IMG/VR virus record: IMGVR_UViG_3300018080_000012
Strand: one strand, 5' to 3'
Source: an uncultured virus (IMG/VR IMGVR_UViG_3300018080_000012)
Lineage: Duplodnaviria > Heunggongvirae > Uroviricota > Caudoviricetes
Length of the DNA: 64,000 nucleotides
The position numbers were made by a program, and so were the translations under genes. Positions 39,205 through 48,111 of this stretch are shown piece after piece (position 1 is the stretch's first letter; each line of letters starts with the position of its first letter). The notes under the pieces are model-generated. The model was not told where the DNA came from and did no database searches. It saw nothing but the letters and a program-made list of their open reading frames with translations.

Positions 39205-39531
39205 TTAATATATATCCGTTTTTTTATTAGATTTTTCTATCGATTTATCTATATTCATTTTTTCTTCAGCTCTACTTTGCAACGTTCTTAAATTGTCATA
39301 TTTGATTAATAAAATTTTAAGTTTCTCTATATTTTCTTCTTTTAAAGCTTGTATATTTATTTGATCAAAAAATAAATGTAATACAAATCCTCTCTCTCCA
39401 TAATCAGAACATCTATCAAAATCTATTCTTTGTTTTTTTTCGAGCATTCTAAACAAATTCTCTATTTCTTTTTCTATTCCGTTCAATTCTATCCTGATAT
39501 TTTGATATTCTGCTATATTTTCTACATTCAC
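39205..39531 (-). CDS. Hypothetical coiled-coil protein
   Basis: 108 aa; C-terminal IDKS/IEKS sites. Confidence 0.5.
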   Translation of the reverse strand: MNVENIAEYQNIRIELNGIEKEIENLFRMLEKKQRIDFDRCSDYGERGFVLHLFFDQINIQALKEENIEKLKILLIKYDNLRTLQSRAEEKMNIDKSIEKSNKKTDIY

Positions 39532-39749
39532 TTTTCAACCACCTTTGCTTTTTTAGTTGTTATTTTCAAAGATTTTATTCCTTTCATTAAAGATTGTTTG
39601 GTTAAATACGCTTCACTATTCGCTATAATTTTTCCATTTTTAGCTCTCACTCTAAATCTAAATTGTCCTTGAATATCTTTAAATGTTTCAATTAACGGTT
39701 CTTGATTTTCTTTACCAAAAATATTTTTAAAGAATTTTTTAATATTCAT
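39528..39749 (-). CDS. YegP/DUF1508 family protein
   Basis: KD..GQFRFRVRAKNGKIIANSEAY.TK....KGI.SLK. Confidence 0.85.
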   Translation of the reverse strand: MNIKKFFKNIFGKENQEPLIETFKDIQGQFRFRVRAKNGKIIANSEAYLTKQSLMKGIKSLKITTKKAKVVEK

Positions 39750-39949
39750 TTCTTTCTCCTTAATATTAATTTTTTATCGTTGCCTGGCTTAAATCCAGAA
39801 TGAAAAACCCAATGTCCAAAAGATTCTTTGCTTTCAAATTTATTTGTTATATTTCCTTTATTGTCTTCTATCGTCCAATATACTTTTTCTTTATTCTTGT
39901 TCATAAAAACATTGTAACTATTCCATTTTCCTATTTTAATTCTTTGCAT
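39746..39949 (-). CDS. Hypothetical protein
   Basis: Overlapping-operon ORF. Confidence 0.5.
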   Translation of the reverse strand: MQRIKIGKWNSYNVFMNKNKEKVYWTIEDNKGNITNKFESKESFGHWVFHSGFKPGNDKKLILRRKK

Positions 39950-40133
39950 TATATATAATCCTCAAACCTATTAATTGATCTTCTTTATAATCAAAAGTTC
40001 CATTCGTATCTGACAATAAATGAACTTTATATATTCTACCCTCTTTAGTTTCTTTTATATTCACAACGTGCCCAATTCTATAATGACCTATAATCCTAAC
40101 ATATTCATTTAATTTTATTTTTGTTTTTTCCAC
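39936..40133 (-). CDS. Small SH3-like beta-barrel protein
   Basis: VRI.G..RIGHVVNI...YKV...Y.EDQL pattern. Confidence 0.45.
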   Translation of the reverse strand: MEKTKIKLNEYVRIIGHYRIGHVVNIKETKEGRIYKVHLLSDTNGTFDYKEDQLIGLRIIYNAKN

Positions 40134-43100
40134 TTTCCTTCCTTAAAACTTTTTTCCATATATGGAAGAATTTTTGTATCATTTTCTAATACAGTTATTT
40201 TTATTCCTTTCTTTTCTAAATGACTTTTTAGAATTTTGATATATTCCTTGTAATCTTTTGCTTGATTCATTTTGTCAGCAAATTTTTTATCAGTATCTTC
40301 AAGCTCTGTCATTAATCTTTCAGCTCCTAAATTTCCAATAATAACTTCAGCAAACATACTCGTAGGCACAAAACTTGGAAGATGCCCCTCATACTTTCCA
40401 TGAGACTGTCTATTTAAATAATCATTTATACTCCCTTGAGCTGCTATATCTTTAGCCATATATTCGTAATATTTAGGATTCTCTTTAGCATTAAGTTTTG
40501 ATTTATTAAAATGAATATTTCTATCTTCTTGTCTTGGTTGTATAATTTGTTTTAATTCGACATTAAACATTCTTTCAAAATCTCTAAAGCTCTCTGTATA
40601 GATTTTCCCAATATTTTCTTTTTTGCCAGCACCCAGTTTTCCTTTAGCATTTATATATTTTATTTCTAATTCATCATTACCTTCATCTATCTTAATGATT
40701 TTGAATGTATATTTATCTTCTTGAAATTCATCTCCAACTTTATATCCTCTTTTTTCTTTTGTCCATTCTCTATGATCATACATTTCCCCACTATAAAAAC
40801 TAGTCCCAGCTACTGGCGTCATATTAAAATCTGGATGTTCCATTATCTCAGGCTTTAATATTATACTTATTTCTCCGTATCCACTACCATTTCCGTTTGG
40901 ACCAAGTATACTAAAGACATGTTTATTTGTTCCTAACTCTTTATCTACCTCATACCCTATAGCACCCGTCTCTATTTCTTCCCAATTATCGTATAATTTA
41001 TTTAAGATTTTTGCTAAACGTCCTCCTTTCTTTACATCATAATTTCCACCAAGAAATTTAACAAGATTTGCTCTTGTTCCAGCTATCTTTCCAACATCAT
41101 TTATCTCCTTGTATATTTTCTCAGTTATTTCATCACCAAATTCTGGTCTTATCTCACTTTCAACTATTGCATATCCAGCTTGCTTTCCACTCTCTCCCAA
41201 TTGTTCTAACGATTTCAACCCTCCACTTTTCAATACTCTTATAAACTTTTCTGCTGATAAACTATGTACTGGAGTAAGATTTTTAGCAAAATCTTCTAAT
41301 ACTTCAAGATGACTCATTTCATGAAGTATTTGTTTTCTTTCTTTAAGTCTTTCTTCTTTATTTTTTAGTACACGTTTAAGTTCATCACCTTTAATTTTTT
41401 TCATTGAATAATCTTCATGCCAATAAGTTTTATTTTTAATTGCATTTTTTATATCAGCAATTTGTATTTTATAATGGCTATAAAGTTTTTCATGACCTTG
41501 ATAGATAGAAGAATTCTTATATGAATATTCTTTAATTTCATCATTCAAGAACTTCTCATTAGCTTTAAAATCTATTCCTTTATTCAATCCCTTTACTGGA
41601 ATTTGTTCTAATAAAAATTTTTCTTTTTTTGTTTCTGATTTCTTTTCTTTTATTTCTCCTACAAATTTCCAGGTCTTATTACCGACCTTTTTAAACTTTC
41701 CACCCTTCCAATTTCTCACTGTCCCTATAGGAAGAGTTTTAGCTTTAAGAAAGTTATTTTTATCTGATATTCTTAATTGAAATTTAGACTTTTTTAATTT
41801 TTTTTTATTGATTCTTTTAAATACTTCTATTTCATTTTTATTTAAATAAAGATATGCTATATATCTATGTAATCCATCCATTATTTTATTATTTTCATCT
41901 ACAACAATTGGATGTAATTTTATACCATTTTTTATTTTATCAACTAACGAATGAATTATACCAAGAGATTCTTCTGCATCAGGATCATCAATATAATCGT
42001 TATAAGTTAAATTACTTTCTATGTCGTTTATATTTACTTTTTCTTTTATAAATTTATCATTTTTTTCTGAATCAAATATAATATTCGCAGATTTAACACC
42101 TTCAGACATAATATTTTCTACTTCTTTTAGTGTAAATTGTTTCTTATTTTCATCTTTTAAATCTTCTATTTCATCTTTTACATAATCTACAATTTCTTTT
42201 TTTGTTTTAAATCTTTTACTCCATTCATGATCATTTCCTTCTTTCTTATTAGTAACATATAAATCCCATGTATTTTTCTCGTCTGTTCTTTCTATATGAA
42301 AAGTTGTATCTTTAAATTTTACTTCATATTCTCCAAAATCTATTTTTTTTATTTTAATGCTTTCTTTTTCGTTTGTTGTTAATTTTCCTGTCTTTGGATC
42401 TTTGTACCAGTATTTGTAATTTCCCTTAACCCCAGTTCTTTTAACATATTTATGATTTCTAGATTTAAAAAATAAAGATTTCTTTAATTTTTTTTTATAT
42501 ATCCCCTTTATATATTGTGCTGGAATTTTACTGAAATTATATTCTGATGGATCGTCAATATCATATCCTTTTGATTCTTTAAAATCAAAATTTTCAGCAT
42601 CATTTAATGGAATCTTTATATATAAAATCGTATCTGGCCCATAAGACTCTGCGAATTCAAAATTATCTGTCAAACTAATATCTTCTTGTCCTACACTCCC
42701 AGATATTATTCCAGTTTCAGACGATGGTAATAACCCTTCTTTTAATATTTTATCTTTATTTTTCTTTGATGTTCCATGAAAAGCTCCAATATATTTTACT
42801 CCATTTTCTTCAAACATTCCTGATCTTGGTAAATTATAATAATTAAATTCTTTAAGTTTCTTTTCTATTTTTTGCTCTTCTTTTACAGGTACCCACTTAC
42901 CTTCGGCTACTTTTTTCAATCCAGTCTTCTGGCTTATGTAACCTATTGGATACTTTTTAGCTTTAAAAAAATATAAGCCTGTTGATTTCTGTAATTTCTC
43001 TTTATTTAAAATATCTTCTATTATAAGATATCCTTCAGGACAATAATTTTTTAATACTGTTTCATAAGCTTCATCGATTATTTTTCCTGAAATATACCAT

Positions 43101-43501
43101 TTAAATAATGTAGCTAATATCTCTTTCTCTTCTGAATATACATGATCATTAATAAATATTCTACCATCACCATTATTTTTTTGAAGCTTCTTCTTAAGAT
43201 CTTTTAGTTTTATTTTTGTTAAAGATCTTAAATCATCATATCTACAAATCTGATGTGCAAATTCATGAATGAAATCTCCTCTCCAATCAGAAGTAGATTC
43301 ATAAATGATTATTATGCCTTCATCATATTCAGCTCTAATATCATTTTTTTTATTAATGTCTTTATATAAATGAATAATTATAGGATTTTTTAATTTTATA
43401 TATTGTTCAAGCTTCTCCACGACATCTCTCAGTTCACCATCGAGTGCCTGGTAGCGTTCATTTGACCAGCCCATATTATCTATATACAATTTTACATTCA
43501 T
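40115..43501 (-). CDS. Polyvalent protein: zincin-like metallopeptidase, ART-like, ParB/Srx-like, second ART-like domain
   Basis: HEFAH; FHGTS..ILKEGL..LT...A.SYG; PIVVD...DGLHR; VH.....VLKSGGLKS...VF...YG...EGHLP; domains separated by paired K|S/A sites and tags. Confidence 0.75.
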   Translation of the reverse strand: MNVKLYIDNMGWSNERYQALDGELRDVVEKLEQYIKLKNPIIIHLYKDINKKNDIRAEYDEGIIIIYESTSDWRGDFIHEFAHQICRYDDLRSLTKIKLKDLKKKLQKNNGDGRIFINDHVYSEEKEILATLFKWYISGKIIDEAYETVLKNYCPEGYLIIEDILNKEKLQKSTGLYFFKAKKYPIGYISQKTGLKKVAEGKWVPVKEEQKIEKKLKEFNYYNLPRSGMFEENGVKYIGAFHGTSKKNKDKILKEGLLPSSETGIISGSVGQEDISLTDNFEFAESYGPDTILYIKIPLNDAENFDFKESKGYDIDDPSEYNFSKIPAQYIKGIYKKKLKKSLFFKSRNHKYVKRTGVKGNYKYWYKDPKTGKLTTNEKESIKIKKIDFGEYEVKFKDTTFHIERTDEKNTWDLYVTNKKEGNDHEWSKRFKTKKEIVDYVKDEIEDLKDENKKQFTLKEVENIMSEGVKSANIIFDSEKNDKFIKEKVNINDIESNLTYNDYIDDPDAEESLGIIHSLVDKIKNGIKLHPIVVDENNKIMDGLHRYIAYLYLNKNEIEVFKRINKKKLKKSKFQLRISDKNNFLKAKTLPIGTVRNWKGGKFKKVGNKTWKFVGEIKEKKSETKKEKFLLEQIPVKGLNKGIDFKANEKFLNDEIKEYSYKNSSIYQGHEKLYSHYKIQIADIKNAIKNKTYWHEDYSMKKIKGDELKRVLKNKEERLKERKQILHEMSHLEVLEDFAKNLTPVHSLSAEKFIRVLKSGGLKSLEQLGESGKQAGYAIVESEIRPEFGDEITEKIYKEINDVGKIAGTRANLVKFLGGNYDVKKGGRLAKILNKLYDNWEEIETGAIGYEVDKELGTNKHVFSILGPNGNGSGYGEISIILKPEIMEHPDFNMTPVAGTSFYSGEMYDHREWTKEKRGYKVGDEFQEDKYTFKIIKIDEGNDELEIKYINAKGKLGAGKKENIGKIYTESFRDFERMFNVELKQIIQPRQEDRNIHFNKSKLNAKENPKYYEYMAKDIAAQGSINDYLNRQSHGKYEGHLPSFVPTSMFAEVIIGNLGAERLMTELEDTDKKFADKMNQAKDYKEYIKILKSHLEKKGIKITVLENDTKILPYMEKSFKEGKWKKQK

Positions 43502-43503
43502 TA

Positions 43504-43962
43504 TTATTTTAAATTTTCTCTTGCTTTATCTAACTCTTTCTTTAAAGTCTTAAAGCTGTTATCAGTTATTTCAAAATAATCTTTTATTTCTTCATTTGTT
43601 ATATCAGAAAGTTTTCCTTCTTTTACACCAATTCCATCAACATCAAATTTAAATGTACCGTCTTTCTTTATTATAAAATTACCAGAATTGCCGTGTCCAC
43701 TTACATTATTTAATTTACCCTCAAAACCATTATATTTTTCTTTTTTTTGTACTGGCAATGGATCTTCAGTTTTCTTTTCTTTTTTATATGGAGAAGTTTT
43801 AAATCCTTCCTTCAATTTATGTGTCTTAGGATCCATGTACCAATATTTGTAGTCGCCCGGGACTCCAGTCCGTTTGATATACTTTGCCTTCATAAGATTT
43901 CCACTGTCATAAATTGCGTTTGATTTAAAAAATTCTTCATCATTTAAAAATGGTTGTTTTAT
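43504..43962 (-). CDS. Tagged putative cargo protein (leader A plus tag C), probable ATA start
   Basis: AGGAG-N7-ATA AAA CAA CCA TTT TTA AAT = (I)KQPFLNDEEFFKSNAIYDSGNLMKAKYIKRTG, in frame with track ORF 43504-43893. Confidence 0.7.
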   Translation of the reverse strand: MKQPFLNDEEFFKSNAIYDSGNLMKAKYIKRTGVPGDYKYWYMDPKTHKLKEGFKTSPYKKEKKTEDPLPVQKKEKYNGFEGKLNNVSGHGNSGNFIIKKDGTFKFDVDGIGVKEGKLSDITNEEIKDYFEITDNSFKTLKKELDKARENLK

Positions 43963-43976
43963 TGTTTTTCTCCTAT

Positions 43977-45269
43977 TTAAATTTTATATACCACCTTATT
44001 AATTGAACTGTCCCATTCCTCTACTGTAGGATCAATTTCGGACCAATAGTGAATACATTGCGGATGGGCAGGAATACATATCCACCAATTGGCTCCATTT
44101 CTCCCCACATTATTTTTACCGCGCCATATAGCATATCGAGCGTGTGGGTCGTTTATTTCATCATCGCTTAATGGCTTATCTACATACTTTACTATTGTCC
44201 CTAACCAATTAATACATTGTTTTGATGATGTTGGTATTATACCCCCTGAAAAAACAAAATACGTACTTTTGCCTTCTTTCTTTTTCTGTTGATTTACAGC
44301 TTCTAAGTATCCGTTATTTAATGCGTATGAAATTTCTGTTATACTCACTCTCCTCCAATCTCTGTTTATTGCGTCAATTGTTTTTTGTGAAAATCTTCTT
44401 CCAAGTTCATCTGTAGGATCTATCCAGAATAATCTTTGTGTTAATTCTTGAGCTGTCAACCCATCCTCTAACCCGCCCGTTATTTGTTCTCTAACTAATT
44501 TAACTATTTTGTTTTTTAGACTTCCGTCTTCTATTGCAAGATGTTCTGCAGCGTGTTGTTTTGAATATTCAATTGCTGCAATTTCTGGGTCAGACAGGTT
44601 AAATTTCTTTACTGCATCTTCTGTATTATCAGGAATATAACCATACCTTGATTCAACATCGTCATGCGACATTTTCTTTTGTTCGTCAATTGGAATCCCA
44701 TCTTCTTCCATTACTTGCATTAGTTTTCCCATTAAACCTGCTTTTACAACAAGCTCTTCTTCTAATGTCCCTATTTTATCTCCTAGAAAATCTACAATTT
44801 CTTTTGTCAAATTATTCCATTCTTCTGTCGTTAATGGCATTCCTGTTTCTGGGTTATATTTTAGTTTTCCTTTTATATTTAATGGTTGTAATGGCTTTCC
44901 TTTATTGAACCCAAATTTCTTAAAGAAGTTCTTTGCTATAGTGAATTTCTCTTTTAAATTAGAAAAAAGAGATTTATAAAACAAAGCATTTTCGATCTCT
45001 TCACCATTAGCAGCTTTTTGAAGAATATCTAATGAAACTTTAACAGATTTTTGCATTATATTAGAAGGATCTACATTCAACTTTAATCCAACACCAATTG
45101 CTATTTGTTTGAATACATCCTGAACATATTCCATCAATGCTTCTTGATATTCTCTTACCCATCTGAAATCACTTAATTCTGCTTTAGTTATTTCTTTATC
45201 GGCTTTAATTAAAAGTGATTGTATTTCCCATTCTTTATTTTGTAAATGATTTGGTATAAATAATTTCAT
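43977..45269 (-). CDS. MuF/SPP1 gp7-like head morphogenesis protein
   Basis: RDWRRVSITE...A.N.G, conserved Cys, IPAHPQC.H.W; downstream of portal. Confidence 0.75.
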   Translation of the reverse strand: MKLFIPNHLQNKEWEIQSLLIKADKEITKAELSDFRWVREYQEALMEYVQDVFKQIAIGVGLKLNVDPSNIMQKSVKVSLDILQKAANGEEIENALFYKSLFSNLKEKFTIAKNFFKKFGFNKGKPLQPLNIKGKLKYNPETGMPLTTEEWNNLTKEIVDFLGDKIGTLEEELVVKAGLMGKLMQVMEEDGIPIDEQKKMSHDDVESRYGYIPDNTEDAVKKFNLSDPEIAAIEYSKQHAAEHLAIEDGSLKNKIVKLVREQITGGLEDGLTAQELTQRLFWIDPTDELGRRFSQKTIDAINRDWRRVSITEISYALNNGYLEAVNQQKKKEGKSTYFVFSGGIIPTSSKQCINWLGTIVKYVDKPLSDDEINDPHARYAIWRGKNNVGRNGANWWICIPAHPQCIHYWSEIDPTVEEWDSSINKVVYKI

Positions 45270-46711
45270 TATTCACTTCGACCATGTCTTTGTTCTTTTT
45301 TAATAACTTCTTCTTGTTTATAATTATATAAAAAATCTTTTACTTTATCTTTATCAAATTCTTTAGATAATTCTTTTTTCAGATATTTATCAATCGTATC
45401 TTGATCTGCTTCATGAGGTTCTAATCCACTAAACAAAACAAATTCATCAACTATATTCTTTTCGTCTTGTTTTGATAATTTCTTTTTACTTTCAAATAAA
45501 ATTTTCTGTTTTTCTTTTATTTGTTGTATTGCTTCTCTTTGTTGTTTCTGAAAATTAGCTATTGATTTTTTACTTGCTTCTGGCCAAATTTTTGCAGCAT
45601 TAACAACATTGCTTTCCATCTCTTTTATTTCTTTATCATAAGCATCCATTTCTTGTTTTGTTTTATTTTCTTCTTTTAACCCGTTATTTAAATCTTTAAT
45701 CTCCACTTTATTTATAATACTACCATCTTCCCATTTTACTTTCAATGTTCCATCATTATTGTTTTTAATAACTACTCCCTTATCGATTAATCCCGGCTCA
45801 AAACTTATTTCAACAGAATCTCCTTTTTTATAATCTTTTGTTTTTTTCTTTAAATTTACTTCTTTTGATTTTATTGAATTTATAAATTCTTTTTTATTCA
45901 TTCTAACCGGTTCACTGTCTTTATCAGTTATAAACTGAACAAATTTATCACCTTTTTTCGTAATTTTTATTTTATCATTCTTACGTATTATTACTGATTT
46001 TCCACTTCTAGTTACTACATTAATATCTTTTTTTAACGGTATAAAATCTTTCTTCTTAACTTTTAATTTGCCATCTTTTATGTCAGCACTAATAGTTTCT
46101 TTCTCTACTTGTTTTCCTATTTTCTCTTTCTTAATCGGTATCCACAAACCTTCTTTAACTTTCTTTCTACCCTTACTTACTGTGCCTATAGGCATCTTCT
46201 TTCCTTTGATTAATATTAAACTTCCATCATTTTTATTTGCTAATAGAACTCCCATTCTATCACCTCCTAACGATTTAATCATGCTTCCTTTCCATTTATC
46301 TGAAAATATTTTTTCTTTAAACTCATCCATTCCCATTTCTGTCATGCTACCAAAAAACCCCGGTCTATCGTATTGATTCATATACGCTTTCTTCGCTTCA
46401 TCTGCTGAATTAAAACCCACCATGACTTTATCTTCGTCGTACTGTCTCGAAACTGGATCGTTCTGATGTACGATGTAAACAACGTCACTGTTTTTATTAT
46501 TCCCGATATACGCATCCAAATGCTGTTTATCTTTTCCAATGGTTCCTTTTATATATCCATAAGGATAATGCATTTTAGTTTTCCATTCGCGACCATCTTT
46601 ATCTGTTCCAGATCGAACAGAGCCTTTTTTGTTCTCTATAGAAATATCTAGACCATTTATCTTTGTTCTTCCTTGAAGTTTATATCCTGAAAATGTTAAT
46701 GATTTTTTCAT
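45269..46711 (-). CDS. InPase-family domain fused to a tag-B basic protein
   Basis: GLDISIEN.KGS.RSG.D.DG..W...M...YGYI.GT.G.D..HLD.YIG, YDEDKVMVGF.S..EAK.AY; internal SD+ATG at 46255. Confidence 0.8.
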   Translation of the reverse strand: MKKSLTFSGYKLQGRTKINGLDISIENKKGSVRSGTDKDGREWKTKMHYPYGYIKGTIGKDKQHLDAYIGNNKNSDVVYIVHQNDPVSRQYDEDKVMVGFNSADEAKKAYMNQYDRPGFFGSMTEMGMDEFKEKIFSDKWKGSMIKSLGGDRMGVLLANKNDGSLILIKGKKMPIGTVSKGRKKVKEGLWIPIKKEKIGKQVEKETISADIKDGKLKVKKKDFIPLKKDINVVTRSGKSVIIRKNDKIKITKKGDKFVQFITDKDSEPVRMNKKEFINSIKSKEVNLKKKTKDYKKGDSVEISFEPGLIDKGVVIKNNNDGTLKVKWEDGSIINKVEIKDLNNGLKEENKTKQEMDAYDKEIKEMESNVVNAAKIWPEASKKSIANFQKQQREAIQQIKEKQKILFESKKKLSKQDEKNIVDEFVLFSGLEPHEADQDTIDKYLKKELSKEFDKDKVKDFLYNYKQEEVIKKEQRHGRSE

Positions 46712-47040
46712 CTTTTTTCCTGTTTTTTACCATCTTTTATTATAGGTATAGAAACTACTGAATTTTCAATTATTCTTCTAATAGGTATCCATGTAATACA
46801 ATTTTCATTTTTTAATTTTATCATATCTCCTTTTCTTTCTGTAACTCCTTCTAACCCATCTATTTTTACCCATCTATCTTCTGAGAGTATATTCATTGAT
46901 TTTAATCGAGATATATAAAATACTCTTTTAACCCAATATGATACAAACTTCATTATCAACTGTGCTAAAAAAATTGATACAATTAAATATAATAAAGAAG
47001 AACCTATTATCTGTTTTATTGAAATTACTAATTCTTCCAT
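46708..47040 (-). CDS. Membrane protein with MscS-like beta domain
   Basis: N-terminal TM helix then D.WVKIDGLEGV...WIP. Confidence 0.5.
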   Translation of the reverse strand: MEELVISIKQIIGSSLLYLIVSIFLAQLIMKFVSYWVKRVFYISRLKSMNILSEDRWVKIDGLEGVTERKGDMIKLKNENCITWIPIRRIIENSVVSIPIIKDGKKQEKR

Positions 47041-47051
47041 TCATTTTTTCC

Positions 47052-47546
47052 TTATTTTATTTTTCTATAAATAAATTGATATATGTCGTTGCTTTCAAAA
47101 CCATCTTCTACTAAATCAGCGAATATACCATTAACAGCTTTACTAAATTTATCATAATCATTTTCATTCACTAATCCTCTCATTCTATCATATCTACCGC
47201 CCGTAGGAGTTCTCATTGCTGTACTAACAAGAAATCTTAAAATGTCTACTCGTTCAAATCCTTCTTTATCTAAATCCTTTAATATAGCATTTGAAGATTC
47301 TTTAAGATCTTTTAAATCTTTTATTTTTGAAAGACCTTCCATTCTCTGTTCAGGTTTTAATATCTCACCATTTACTTTAGAATCTTTTTTTTCGTTCTTT
47401 ACTGGTACCCACTTACCTTCGGCAACTTTTTTGTAACCTTTAGATACTGTACCTATTGGCATCTTTTTAGATTTCATTAAGTTGCCACCCTCGTCAATCC
47501 CCACTGATTTGAAAAAATCACTATCATTTAAAAATGGCTGTATCAT
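47052..47546 (-). CDS. Tagged putative cargo protein (leader A plus tag B), duplicated helical C-terminal unit
   Basis: QPFLNDSDFFKS...EGGNLMKSKKMPIGTVSKGYKKVAEGKWVPVK; DL.KEGFE..DI..FL / DL.EDGFE..DI..FI. Confidence 0.65.
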   Translation of the reverse strand: MIQPFLNDSDFFKSVGIDEGGNLMKSKKMPIGTVSKGYKKVAEGKWVPVKNEKKDSKVNGEILKPEQRMEGLSKIKDLKDLKESSNAILKDLDKEGFERVDILRFLVSTAMRTPTGGRYDRMRGLVNENDYDKFSKAVNGIFADLVEDGFESNDIYQFIYRKIK

Positions 47547-47896
47547 TTTTTTCCTCCATACTCTCTAATGTATTTCATAAAACCTGACTTCTCTTCTTTT
47601 CTAATTTCTTTAAGTGCATCATTAAGTTTCATTTCGTTCTTTAAAACTTTATGTGCTAATTTATGTGCTTCATCAGATATTTCGAATTCTTTTTCTTCTT
47701 CAACGGCTTCTTTTGATCCTAACTTCTCCATCTTTTCTCTATTACCTCCCGGGCCTGTTCCATCTTGTGGACCGCCTTGTGCTCCGATAGGATTTCCACC
47801 ACATCTTCCTTTTTTACTTTTAATTAAATTGCCACCTTCATCCATTTCAGTATTTTTAAAAAAATTGTCATCGTTTAAAAATGGTTGTTTATTCAT
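47543..47896 (-). CDS. Tagged putative cargo protein (leader A)
   Basis: QPFLNDDNFFKNTEMDEGGNLIKS then GPQDGTGPGG. Confidence 0.6.
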   Translation of the reverse strand: MNKQPFLNDDNFFKNTEMDEGGNLIKSKKGRCGGNPIGAQGGPQDGTGPGGNREKMEKLGSKEAVEEEKEFEISDEAHKLAHKVLKNEMKLNDALKEIRKEEKSGFMKYIREYGGKK

Positions 47897-48110
47897 GCTC
47901 TCCCTCCATAATTGCTAATTTATCATAATAATCATTAAGCTCTTTTAAATGAACTAATGCTATTTTTTTTGCAAATTCATTTTTATCTATAGGCATTTTT
48001 ATTCCTTTTGTCTTTAAATACTTTTCAAAGTAATTATACAAATCATCATGTTCTCTTTCAACTTTTATACCCGTATTCAATTGAGATTGAGATTTAAAAA
48101 TCAATTTCAT
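47889..48110 (-). CDS. DUF5661-like protein
   Basis: GIKVEREH ... AKKIALVHLKE..DYY.KL; N-terminal LIFKS site. Confidence 0.75.
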   Translation of the reverse strand: MKLIFKSQSQLNTGIKVEREHDDLYNYFEKYLKTKGIKMPIDKNEFAKKIALVHLKELNDYYDKLAIMEGEHE

Positions 48111-48111
48111 T

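Noticed and set aside
43977..45269. MuF-toxin fusion with immunity gene
   Set aside because: The MuF ORF ends soon after the HPxC motif with no C-terminal toxin; candidate effectors are separate tagged genes
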